A stretch of DNA of 64,000 bases, from NCBI RefSeq assembly GCF_009834535.1, contig NC_045697.1, forward strand, positions 47,556,001-47,620,000. The letters are read 5' to 3'. Positions 13,530 through 25,519 of this stretch are shown in pieces (the first letter of the stretch is position 1; each line of letters starts with the position of its first letter). The notes beneath the pieces were generated by a model. It was not told where the DNA came from. It ran no database searches and was given only the letters and a program-made list of their open reading frames with translations. This DNA is from Camelus ferus. Its lineage: Eukaryota. Made by a program: the position numbers and the translations under genes.

Positions 13530-13735
13530 ACTGCTTCAAAGCCCAGCTCTACTGCTCACTAGCTGTGAAACACTGGGTAACCCCGTTAACGTCTCGCATC
13601 TCAGTCTCCTGGGCTATAAGACAGAAATGCTACTGATCATAGGACCGACCTCCCAGGGCTGCAGTCCGGATTAAATGAGACCGTGTATGGGAGGAGCTGG
13701 AACAGAGGAAGTGCTTAGTAAATATCAGTGATTAT
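13530..13735 (+). mobile_element. MIR SINE
   Basis: ttcaaagcccagctctactgctcactagctgtg...ctcagtctcct...ggattaaatgaga...gtgcttagtaaatat. Confidence 0.7.
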
Positions 13736-15021
13736 TTTTTATACACAGCAGACCCAGTCAGAACTGGTATTGATGTTGATGATCAAACTTCCATCTAAGT
13801 CACTATTTTTGCCTATTACATGTAAGCCACAGAGGTTTACATGCGTGTAAGAAAAGTAAGTGTAGCCATACCAATTTTGCTATCTTTAGTACTTAAGAGG
13901 ACAGCCTGTGAGTCTAAATTCAGTTGTGTTCTTTAAGCATCAACCCTCAAAGCCTTCTTTGCAGTTCAGGCCCTGGCCTGCAGTTCTGATGAAGTCAACA
14001 GCCATCCGGACTTCATTGGGAGCCCTGCCAAGTTGAAAACTTGTAAGTAAGGTCATTTCTAAAGCTAGGTAAGATATTGTTTAGTAAAAGTCATGCAAAG
14101 GAGAAAATACAAGTTTTTTTTAAATTTAGGAAGGCCTCGTTTTAAGCATACACCATTTTTTTTTTCCTGAAACTAAAAGTTCAGAGAAAAAGAATGCCTT
14201 GAAATATTCAATCATCCTTCAGCAGACAGTGTGGTCCCTTAAATAAAACACAATTCAGAGAACAAGGGAGAGACAATCACTGAAAGTTCCGGAGAGAGAT
14301 TGGATATGCAACTCACAGTTCAAGCAATAGGAGACAGGGTGACAGATGAGAAATAAGAGAAGGATGTGCACTGCCAGAAAAAGAAGAGAAGGGAAATAAA
14401 GAATCAAGTGTTAAAAAAAAAGACACAAGAAAATTGAAAAAAAATATAGAGATAGAAGGATAGGACCAGATGAAGTGGATGGCGAAGAAGAAGAGGTAAG
14501 AAGCAAAAAACGGGTCACACGAAGAAGATGATTGATGTAATTACCGTACGATGCATTAGAAGGGGATGAAAATCGACACCAGGACGCCAGAATCGAGACA
14601 CTCCTCTAGCCAACATCCCTCAATCACCATCTACGTGCTACTTAGGCACTGCACTGAGTGTGCTTATTCCCGCTTCCGCAGGAAGGATTCTTGGGATGAT
14701 GAAATGAAAAATAAGTGAGAAGATGCTTTAAAATTGTAAAATTCCAAAAACACACCATTAGTGCTACTAACAATAACATGAAAAACAGACCTAGTTCCAG
14801 TAGATGTCTTGGAAGTCATGCTTAACTTACCAGGAAGTACATCTATCTCCTGCTGGTTATTGCCCAGATCCACAAAAGGACAGTGGCCTATCAGATTAAG
14901 TCACACAAACAGAATTGGATGCTATTTCACCATTAAAAAAGACAATTATGTGAGTTCTTCAATTATTTGCCAACACATGGAAATACACAATTAAAGTGAT
15001 ACAAGAAATGACAAAGAAATA

Positions 15022-15346
15022 TAGGTGTACATCATTTTACTGCACTCTTGCTTAATTGTGCTTTGCAGATAATTGCAGTCTTTTTACACGTTGCAGGTTT
15101 GTGGCAACCCTATGTTATCAATGATGGTTAGAATTTTTTTTAGCAATAAAGTATTTTAAATTAAGGTATGTACATTGTTTTTTAAGACATAAAGCTATTG
15201 TGCACTTAATAGACTACAATATAGTGTTAGCATAATTTTTATGTGCACTGAGAAATCAAAAAAATTAGTGTGACTTGCTTTACTGTGATGATAACTTTAT
15301 TGCACTGGTCTGAAACCGAACCCACAACATCTCTGAGGTGTACCTG
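15022..15346 (+). mobile_element. Tigger1-derived internally deleted MITE
   Basis: Tigger1 5' end (taggtgtacatcattttactgc...ggtttgtggcaaccct) joined to its 3' end (tagcaataaagtatttt...gaaaccgaacccacaacatctctgaggtgtacctg); TA on both sides. Confidence 0.88.
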
Positions 15347-15684
15347 TACGTAGCTACTGATTATAGCTATGAAAAATGCAGGTATGTATCCACTGAAAAG
15401 ATTAAAGTATATGCAGAGTGATATAAATTATTAAAATTTAGTATGTGTTAATGTTTTTGTTTAAAGTTTATTCATTTAATAAGCATATACACAATAAAAC
15501 TACATGGTAGTCTAAAACAGCTTCCTTAGAACAGACCAGCAAGTTCTTTCAACTTTCCCCAGCAGTGCTTCTCCAAGACATCCTGTCATACCAGTCCCTG
15601 ACGATCCACCTTTTAATCTACAATCAGAAAACTGTTCTTGAGTCCCTATTGTTGTAATCAACTGTATTTGGCATCGTAGAGTAT

Positions 15685-15935
15685 GACAAAATGGTTAAGT
15701 ATGTGGATTCTGGAATCACACTCTCTAGGTTCCAATCTTGGCTCTATCTTCCAACTTTTGTCATTTTGAGCAAATGATTCAACCTTTCTGTGGTTCAGAT
15801 TCTTTATTTGTAAAATGGAGATCACGTTAGTACCTACCCTGGAGGATTATTGCTAATGTTAAATGGCAAAATGCATTCAAAGCAATTAGCACAGTGCCTG
15901 TCCCATAATAAGCCCTCGGAACAGTCACCTATTAT
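15685..15935 (+). mobile_element. MIR SINE, near full length
   Basis: tggttaagtatgtggattctggaatcacac...ggttccaatcttggctct...tgtaaaatggagat...cacagtgcctg. Confidence 0.8.
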
Positions 15936-16889
15936 TAGACACCAAGAAAAGATCACTCACAGAGAACGTGTCAATGCCAAGTGCTAGGTAACTGGTAGAA
16001 ACAATCAGCATACCTAGGAATTACACCGCAGGAGATGCCAAGAGGAAGCTGGTCCTAGAAGGGAAGGAATCTGAACAGGGCTACAAGGGATGAATGGGTG
16101 GGATTTTGATGATGAAAATAAGGTAGCAACTGCTACACGTTTTAGGGTGTGCTTCTTTCGTTCTCTCAGCTTATAGCTTCTGGAGCAGCTGCAGCAAGAT
16201 GTAGGGCAGTGCCCACCCACTGTCCCCATGCGTAGAAGCTGCTCTAAAACAACTGGCTCCCACCTTTCCGGCTTCAAGTCACAGTATCCCGAGAAAGAGC
16301 TGGTACACCAGCTCATACAGGGCTCCTACCCAGCCCTTAATGATGCTCATTTGGAACTGGTTTTTCTTATTACTCACTGTTGCGGTTTTATCAGCTTATT
16401 CCAAAACAAGGATTTTTTGCTCTTTTAATCTGTGCATTTCAACTTTTTCACCACCTTTTTTAGGGTCCTCTTTCAGAAATGATTGACAATAAATGGGGGA
16501 AACGGTGGAAGGGACTCAAAAGATTTTACTTTGTTTTTTTAATGCTTTCAAAGAAAAAAATATGAACAGGTTTTCTCACTATTCAACTCAGGTTCAGAGA
16601 GCAGACACTTCTGAGACCCAACATGAGAGGGTAATTATAATTGCTCTTTGATGCTCTTTAGTAGACAGAAGAGTGGCAAACCTGAGCCTTCTCAGTGCCC
16701 CGCCTGCTAGCCCACAGAGAAAAGAAGGAAGGAAAATAGGAAGGAATGGAGAAAGGCACCAAGGGGTGGAAGGAAGGGAGAAAGGCACCGAGGGGTGGAA
16801 GGAAGGAAGTCCACAATCTGAATATAGGTTGATCATTTCATTTTACCTTTACGGAGTGCCAACAAATTGTCCAACATACTAACATCAGT

Positions 16890-17195
16890 TCAGGGCTTCC
16901 CAAAGATTGTTCTGTAAAGCACTGGTGAGCTCTGTGAGAGGCTATAATAAACCAAAGGGAGGGGTCTGCAATGAAATGTTTGAGACATGATGTCCAGCCT
17001 CCTTCATCTCAGAGATTCATAATGCGCATCTGCTTATTTATGGTTTTGAGAAATCCTGCAATAAAGGAAGCTGCTCTGCTTTATTTAACTGAGAGTTTCT
17101 CAAATTTATTCTGCCAGGAGACTTCTTTGCATATAACACCTACTAACCATTGCTCAGAACTCGAGGACTATGGAATACAATATGAAAATGCTCAG
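16890..17195. mobile_element. Probable old hAT-Charlie-type DNA transposon remnant
   Basis: cagggcttcccaaa start and agattcataatgcgcat...tgagaaatcctgcaataaaggaa...tttctcaaattt resemble recalled hAT MITE consensus; family not certain. Confidence 0.4.
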
Positions 17196-17350
17196 AGTAA
17201 TATTTCTTTACTGATACTTATTTTGCTTACATTCTGGCAAAGATTTCCAAAAACAAACCAGCATTTTAAAAATTACTGCATAAACAAATTTTAATCCCCT
17301 AGAAGAATTCTACCATCCTAACAAATCAGCTGTTTAAAATTTTGCAGTCT

Positions 17351-17624
17351 TCACAGACATAGAAAACAAACTTACGGTTACCAAAGGGGAAGGGGGAATG
17401 AGATAAACTGGGAGTATGGGATTAACAGATACATTCTACTATATATGAAATCGATAAACAGCAAGGATTTACTGCATAGCACAGGGAACTATATTCAATA
17501 TCTTATAATAAACTATAATGGAAAAGAATAAAAAACACATCTATGAAACAAATCAGTTTGCTGTACACCTGAAATGAACACAATATTGTACATCAACTAT
17601 ACTTCAATCAAAAATAAATAAAAA
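17351..17624 (+). mobile_element. LINE-1 3'UTR fragment with decayed TSD
   Basis: cacagacatagaaaacaaacttacggttaccaaagggg...atcaactatacttcaat plus A-tail; flanks aaaattttgcagtc / aaaacttgcagcc. Confidence 0.88.
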
Positions 17625-18862
17625 CTTGCAGCCCTCCCCTCTACAACATCACTCTCAGTATTATTTCCTTTTTCTACATAAAAACTAAAAAGTACTGCCT
17701 TCCCATTGGCCATTCCACAAAGCCCAAGGCTTTTTTTTTTTTTTTAAATGAATTTGCATTTGGATATTTCTCCTTTTCTTTTTAATTCTCACCCTCTTCT
17801 ATGAACAGGAAAAAGGTTTTAGGGGAGAAAGATGAATGGAAGATGCACCCCAGGCTTTGAAATTTGGGGATCACTTTGTTGAGATGTGGGCAAAATATAA
17901 AGAACAAAAAAATATGAAGAAAAAATCTGGCTTTCCATGGACTTAACCATGTCTGTTGCAATCTTATCCACTGTCACATCTCACCCCAGTTCATTTATTT
18001 CTGTTGAAAGCCTTCAGCTCTGATCAAAATCTCACAAACTGTATATTTGCTTTGATAGGCTTGAAGGAAAGAACCCCACACATATGACATCTCCATATGT
18101 GATAACACATTGAGGTTATTGGACCTGTTCCCAGGAAGAGTTTATGCTTGTCTGTGTGATTGATTAGATGTAATTTTCTTTCTTAAACAGCTAAGTGTAA
18201 TTAAGAGGTCTCTGATGATGATCTTAGGTGTAGCTCAGGTAGAGAATAAATCCTGTGAGTAAATCCTACCACCCTGCAAAGCTCACACATGAAAGATGGA
18301 GCAGAGAGGATGTTTCTCCAGGGCTCCCACTGTGCTAGGACGTCCCAAGGACGATGGAAATACACTCTACTGATGGCACTGCATGGGGTGGATTATCTTC
18401 TGCTTTGACTATCTCCAGGGCTCCTCCTAGAGCCTTCCTAAGTTTAGATAAAAGTTACACAAGGTTAACTTATGACCTGACTAAGGCAACACTTCAGCTA
18501 AAAATAGAGCTCCAGGACTTTAGGTTCGGGGTACAATGAAAACAGCAGATGAGCTCACGGGGGCTACAGTCAGAAAGCTGTGTTCACTTAGACCTGCAAC
18601 CTCCTCCTGGACAGCTACCCCTGGGTGTCCAGTGGTCCAAGAAGCCCAAGCTCAACACAGCATGTTCCTGTTCTGGCCCTTGGTAAGTGGTACTCCCATT
18701 CCTCAAATTTACCTGACCAGAAACCTAGAAATCATCCCTGGAAACTCCCTCTCCCTTATCCAAAGGGCAAGATCACCAACTTCTGCTGCTTCTATTAGGT
18801 TGAACCATAAGAAATCACCACTATTTCATTTCCCCCTCCCCTTGCCAAATAGCAATCTCACA

Positions 18863-19615
18863 TGGGTCAACCTGAAATGGAGCAGGACTCGATGGGGCCT
18901 TCTCAGGATAGACCTGCCCCACCCTCCAGCCCTGCCATGGCCTCCACCTGCCTGTTGTCTGTAGAAAAACTTTAGTCAAAGAATAAGTTTAGAAGGGAAA
19001 CAATGCAAAAGCAAAAGAAAGCAGTCAAACAAGACCAAATAATAGTAGTTTAGTCATTAAACAAAGTCAAGGACCTTTAGTTCCTCCTCAAGGGCTATAG
19101 ATAATACTCTGAGCCAGATCCTTTGAGCTGTCCTGTAGGTACAGAAACCCCCACCAGGTAGAAGTTAACTACACGATGACCAGACCGTAGCCACGACATA
19201 AGCTGCCACAATTCCGAGAACTGGCCTCATAGAAATGGGAACAAACTGACCCTGAAACTGAAGATTATCTGTACTTAAAACAATCAAGATGATGCTGACC
19301 AGACCACTGCATGACTAATGTGCAAGACGACTGTCAGAGCTGACTGTGCTGATCTGCATGTAGCTGCCCCTTCTGTCTATACACCCTGAAACTCCCCTTT
19401 AAAAGCCCATGCCCATTGATTGGTGCGGGGGGAGGCGGCGGTTGAGGGTGGAGCTGGTGGGAATTGATCTTTGGACAAGAGTTCCCCTCCTCCCTGCTTC
19501 CTTCGCTCCTGGATGCTTGTCTGCAGAATACAGCAAACTTTCCTTTCTACTCACATGTGCCTCTCTTTGTATTGGCTTTCAAATAGCAAGCAGCTGGACC
19601 TGTGTTTCGGTAACA
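18863..19615 (+). mobile_element. Solo LTR, probably ERV1 class, inserted among L2 remnants
   Basis: Ends in ...tttcggtaaca. U3-like internal repeats (gatgaccagacc / gctgaccagacc) and TATA-like tttaaaagc near 19398. 5' end decayed; no convincing TSD. Confidence 0.7.
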
Positions 19616-19699
19616 AATCTGATACATAATGAATACTTAGTGAAGCCATGCCCCCCTCTCTGCATCCCCTCAGCAGTTTCCTCATCAAAGGGCTTCATC

Positions 19700-20337
19700 T
19701 TTCATCTGGACACCGACAACCCCCTCCTAAAGGTCTTTCTGCCCCCAGTCTTGTCTTCTTCTGCCCAGTCTTCCACAGATCTTTTCGCAGAAATGTCATC
19801 ATGATGCTTTTCTCTTTAAAAACCTTCAAGAGATGCCTACAGCCTGGATAACAAAGCTTGCTCTCCTAAACAGAGCATACAAAGGCCTTCATGACCTGCC
19901 CCTCTTCCTTCTGCTTCAGGTCCCAGCGCTCCCAGACTAGGGCTGCCTTCTACTTAACTCTTCGCCAGTGCCTGAGCAGAAAATATTCTTTGGCTTGTTT
20001 TCTGGAATGCTCTCGCCTCTAAATCTCCAAACCCCTCTAACTCTTCCCCGTGTTTCCAAATCATCCCAGTTATGACCTGTTCCAGAAAGCCTTCACTACC
20101 CACTAAACACACACACATACATGTTCTAGCCTGGGTTAGGGTGCTGTCCCACAGGCTCATCTCATATCCACAGCAATATCATACCCAACACATACCTCCT
20201 TCCTTTACTGCATGATACATTTCTTGAATGCAAGCACTGTATCTTATTTCTCCGGGCATTCCCAGAGACTAGCACAGTGCCTAGTATGAAGTGTGTGCCT
20301 GATAAATGTTTGATGAAGCCATAAATGAATGAATGCA
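19700..20337 (+). mobile_element. L2 LINE 3' region
   Basis: Ends in the L2 terminus ctagcacagtgcctagtat...ataaatgtttgatgaa...aaatgaatgaatg. Confidence 0.7.
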
Positions 20338-22930
20338 TTACAGTGCTACAGAGAGAATTGGGAGGGGTTTGGAAAGAGCATGTATTTATTGAAAAAGTAA
20401 ACTTTGGGTCAGTGCACTTCTCTGAAAGATCAACAACTGAAATAATTGGCCAAATTTTTCTGTAACAAATATTGATACACCATTCTCCAGTCAATGAAGG
20501 ATTTCCAAGCACCGGACAATGAGTTACCTTACTTAAAGCCTTCATTTAATATACCTAATCTCAGGACAGCCAACGTTTGTCCCTTCTAGCTTATTTTAGT
20601 GAGACTTGATCTTCTAGGACTGGGGACTTGTAGAGTCAATTAGCCTAGTCCCACGATTCTTTATTCCAGTGATCTCTTAAAAGCCTTAAAAATTAATGCA
20701 ACTCCTAATCACCTAATTTACCATCAAAGAGGGCTCTGGACATTGGAGAGAACAGAGCTGATTAAAAATTAAATTTTTCCAATCTCCTTATATAAACATT
20801 TATTTATAAAATCTGCCCCAGCATAAAATTTTTAGGGTCCACTTACAGAATAGGTTGGAAATAGAAAAGCCATTATGAAGGTTCAACTTTCTAATGCCCC
20901 TCTAACTGTAATCTCTCCTGACTCCAATCATCTTCCACGCAGCTTGCAGATTTCCTGCCTGTGACATAGTCTTAGTCAATCACAGTCCTCCCCAAAACTC
21001 TCATGGCCCTATTGGCCACAAGATTCAGTCCAGAGTTTTTGACCCAGAACTTTGGGTTCCCTTTACCCTGATTCCAACCATTTCATCTAATATGCCTTAA
21101 TTCAAACCATGCCCTTCAGCCAAACCATGCCCTTGGACCACTCTCACTAGCCATGAATGGCCCACGTGTTCTCCCCCTGGGTCTGTCTCCTGGTAGAATC
21201 CACCTGACCTCTCTAACAGAATCCTAGCTATTCTTCAGGAAAAACTTTAGGTCCCACCTCCTCCACAACACTTTCCACACCTTTCACTTCTCCCTTCTCT
21301 GAACTCCTGCAGCCCATGCTGACTGTTGGTGTTATTATCCATAACTTGCTTTGTACTATTTGTTAACTGCACTTGTGTCTTTGGTTCACCTCCTTAAGTA
21401 GAAGGAAACTCTGTGTCCCCTTCAAACAGCAACTCAGCACCTGTACTCGGTCGGTTCTCAATATATATCCACTAATGAGCTCTAACCATGTCAGGAACCT
21501 TAGTTTTCACGGCAGCTGCTCCTTCGTATCCTAAAGTAAGAATGAGCAGCGGAGCTCAAGCTTACCAACTATTACACCAGTCAGACCCTGCCACTGCCAG
21601 ATTCCCCTTCAAGAGTAGGTGCTAATGCCTCCCATTTGCCCACTTCCCCGGCCAGTTCTGACTACAACTGGTGGGACTAGCGATCGGCTCACACCCTACA
21701 GCTGTCGGGTATCTCATTAGTCTGGACTCTCCAAGCTTCTACTTTCCATTGTTCCTAAAATGCTTTGCGGTCTCTATGATTTGGTTTTGCCCTGAATCCC
21801 AGCATTTTTTAGCTGCAGCCCTGCTCTCGACAGTTTAGCTTCCTAGGGTATAGACCTTGGACCCCACTGTCTAGTCTCCAGCTAAGGTCATGTGCGAAAA
21901 GAATGGATCACCCAGACCATGGTGCCCCAGCTACACCTTAAGTGCTACCATTGGCTTGCTGTGCCCACACCCACCAAACTGGATGGCTGAGACAGCAGTG
22001 CTGGCCCGGATGGCATGTGCCTGCTGGATACTATGATCTAGACAACTGGCCACACCTCCTCCCTACAGCCAGGTCATCCCTCCAGCATGCATCCAACCAG
22101 ATCCAGCCAGATTCCCAGCTCTCCCTCTTGCCTCCCGGTCAAGCCCTTCAGTGCTATGACAACAGCTTCTCCAGGCAAAGCTCTTCAAGTTTCTCCTACA
22201 ATTTGGAGAAGTGGGTAGGGGTATATAATAACCCACTAAACTGTCAGCTCCTCTCTCCAGACTGTAAGCTTTTTAAGGGCAGAGTCATTGTTTTATTTGT
22301 CACTATATTTTTTTTTTTTTTTGGTATTATGAGTATCTGACCATTAGGAGACACTCAAAGATACCTGTTGCATGAATAGATGGCTGAAGACAAACACTGC
22401 ATGGCTCCTTCATCATCTTCCAAATTCCAGGCTGTTTTCCTAATTCATTTCTTTTTGAGATCTGAGTTCTAAACTGAGGAGGAAAAAACCCATCTCCTGA
22501 AGCCACTGATTTACTTCTCGGTAAGTCTCCCTAGACGTTTGTGCCTGGTAGTGATGACAAAGGCTCTCCACCGCAGGAGACAGTCTTCAGAGTGACTCTT
22601 TTGAAAATACTTCTTGTTGTCTTCAGCTGAAGGACACCACAGGCCCAGAAGGCACTATTATCACGACTTTAATCTCCACTAATATGAGGTTCTAAGTTTT
22701 TTCAGGAATTGCAAGAGTGTTATTAGAAGATTCTACTTGAAACCACACATATTTACTAAATATCTGATAGGAAGCAGTGAAGCGAATTTCCAGGCAGGAG
22801 ACCAATGACTCCCACAAGAGAGCTCCTAATCTGATGACCAAGGACAAGCACAGGAGCCCTCATAGGCTGGGCAAGAAGAACGTGAGCGAATGGCGGTTGA
22901 TTCCTGAGACTGAGAAGGAGTCACACTCAC

Positions 22931-23074
22931 CGGCACAGTAGCCCACGAGGTTGAGGAACTGCTCCTCCTGACAGCTGGTCCTGCAGCTCCCGCCGGCCAG
23001 AGTGCCGTGAGGGTGACAGGAGATGCAGTCAGATCCCGACGGGCCGTGGCACTGCCTGCAGGTTGGGTAGCATT
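22931..23074 (-). CDS. FRAS1: FRAS1 internal coding exon (~exon 20), furin-like repeat; absent from the ORF track
   Basis: Translated by hand. Acceptor ttttgccccccag|AA, donor G|gtgagt; 144 bp. Encodes CYPTCRQCHGPSGSDCISCHPHGTLAGGSCRTSCQEEQFLNLVGYCA. Confidence 0.95.
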
Positions 23075-25378
23075 CTGGGGGGCAAAATGAGAAACAAGAT
23101 TAGAATTAGCAGCTCAGCATGTAAATACATGAAGTGTTTCATGGACTCCACAAATTACTTTAAGAGCAGACTTCAAACACTCATCAACTTTTAAAGACTC
23201 CTGAGTGAGCCCGACATAGCCTTAGGCCTGACTGCAGGACGGCCTCTCTGATGTTAGTGAAAACACGGTCCGGGAACAGAACACAGAAGCTAGAAGCATC
23301 AGAATTAGAGGAACCGACTGCAAGGCCTGACCATCCCCATCTATGCAAGTAAGGAAGTTCACATCAAAGTCACAGAGCAGAAGAGCACTTGGTAGGGCTC
23401 TCCCTATAAAATACTGTGATTCCAAGAGCGGGACAGGGAGAGGGGGGAGATGCTTTGCTTCTAAGAAATTCCTGGCAGGCCCAGGGGGAACCGGACACAG
23501 CAGAGGAAATGGAAACTTCTCGCTAGAGTCAGATGCCAGCAGGGCTCCCCCTGAGGCCACAACTTGGATGCTGGTTTTAGCAGCGACACTTAATTAAAAT
23601 ACAAAGAACCGAAAAAGCCCTCCTTCTGGAGGTTATCAGGAGCTGTGTTTGAAATTCAATTCCTTAGACAACACTGCATCCAAGCTATGTTTTCCCCCAG
23701 AAAAACGACCAAATTACTCAGAGGTCCTACACTGAAATGAGCCGTGAGTCACAGTGGGGGCAGGTGAGAAAGACAAGGGTGGACGGCAGAGAGGAACGGG
23801 AGGCTATGGCTGCAGCTACACTTGTGCCGCCGGGCAGGAGGCAGAGGCAGGAGCAGGGAAGGAGATTTAAGGATTTCTCTGCCAAGGATGACGAGGTCTA
23901 AGCATGTCTGATTCCAAGAGGAAGGGAAGGGAGGGACCAGAGCTGGGTAGAGCTTGCTGGCAAGAACTGATGACAAAGAATTCCCTTCTGGCACAGAGCT
24001 GGTGGGAAGGAAAGGCAGGATTTCGAGTAAAGTCAACTGCTTCTCACTTCTGCTGGCGGGAGGCCAAGAGAAGATAAGGCGTTATATTAAAAAAAAAAAA
24101 AAAAGCGAGCAAGAAAGTGAACTGATTAGAAGGCTAGCATGAACCCCTCCTACATTCCTGAGGCTCTTAACTTTGCAAACGCCTGTCCAAAAGATACTGG
24201 AATCCTCGGGATGGTCCCACCGCCCAGTGCTTTCCTCCCTGCCAGAATATTTCCAGTGACCTTGGCGCCCTGCCGCTTGAGGTACCACCCATCTGCTGGC
24301 TTCACGCAGGTAGAGGCATGGACAGAGGAGCGTCAGAGCTTACTCAGACTTTTCTCCCTGAAACAGTTTTCCATACACAAAAACCAACTGGGGGAGGGTG
24401 AGAGCACATACGACAGAGCCCTGTTTTCGAGGACAACCCCAGTGACAGAGAAACCAGGAATGCTCCCCACTGAGCTTGAGTGAGTGTTTCAAGTAAAGCA
24501 ACCCATGAGGGGCCTACAGAGATTAAAAGGCCACTTGGAAGAAGAAAATTCCAGGAAAAGTATAATATTGCTATTCCATTGCCCAAATTTGTGTTCACGT
24601 TAAATTCCCTCTTTGGAGTTTGAGGCTAGATGAACCTAACAAGTCTTCATTCATTTCAAAAATAGTTTCTACATTTATGACATGTTTTCCAACTCCAGAA
24701 ATACATGTCAAACCATTTCTTAACAATGGGCTTCTTCCTATAAGCTGGCCTCAACAGTCTGTTTTTAGAAACAAAACCGTGATCATGATAGACTGTGTTT
24801 TGTCTTTTCCTTTTTTTCTGTAGATATGAGAAAACACAGTGCCACAATGACGTGCTCAAATTTTAGTCTTTTGTCAATTCCAATAAAACCCTGTACTAAT
24901 CTGAACTAGTAATTTCTAGAATCTCTGTCACTGAACTACAAAGGTGCTCTTAAAAACATATTGGACTGACATGTCAAGGAAAGGAAGAAATACCTCTCTC
25001 TCCTTTTGCCCTATTGGGCTGTACCCAGGGGAAGTGGGGCTGAGAATGGCAGAGGCCACGCCAGATGCCTGATCCTTCACAAATACACTAGACCCTGTAG
25101 TAGCTCAGCTGCGTGACGATCACCGTCAAATCCGCCCCGCGCTGTACACGTAGTTCAAGCCGATTCTAACTTTTCACTTCATACATACTGCCCTATCGGA
25201 AGAACAGAATTTCACTTGCTCCCTCACTCTGTCCCTTTACTTCTACAAGTTCAAGACAAGGATTTACAGCCCAGCCCTAGACCCCTGGTATGACAGGGTT
25301 TCTAATTACGGAGGCTGGCTGCATAATGAAGACAAAACATGGGCACAGGGCATGTGCGCTGGCGTGTTACACACTCAC

Positions 25379-25519
25379 CTGTACAAATGCCTTCCTGGTT
25401 AAAGTATCCATCTGGGCACTGGGGGAGGCACTGCCCATCCAACAGCACATGGGAAGACCTGCAGGCCGTGCAGTTATGGGAGCTCTTCCCTACACACCCC
25501 AAACAGGATTGGTGGCACT
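25379..25519 (-). CDS. FRAS1: FRAS1 internal coding exon (~exon 19), furin-like repeat
   Basis: Acceptor ctttcttccag|AG, donor G|gtgagt; 141 bp. Encodes CHQSCLGCVGKSSHNCTACRSSHVLLDGQCLPQCPDGYFNQEGICT. Confidence 0.96.

Noticed and set aside
21570..22160. Possible ancient LTR (ends ...tgaca); possible hAT remnants at ~26500-26785 and ~54760-55087
   Set aside because: Only vague resemblance to recalled consensus sequences; no TSD or TIR I could verify by eye.
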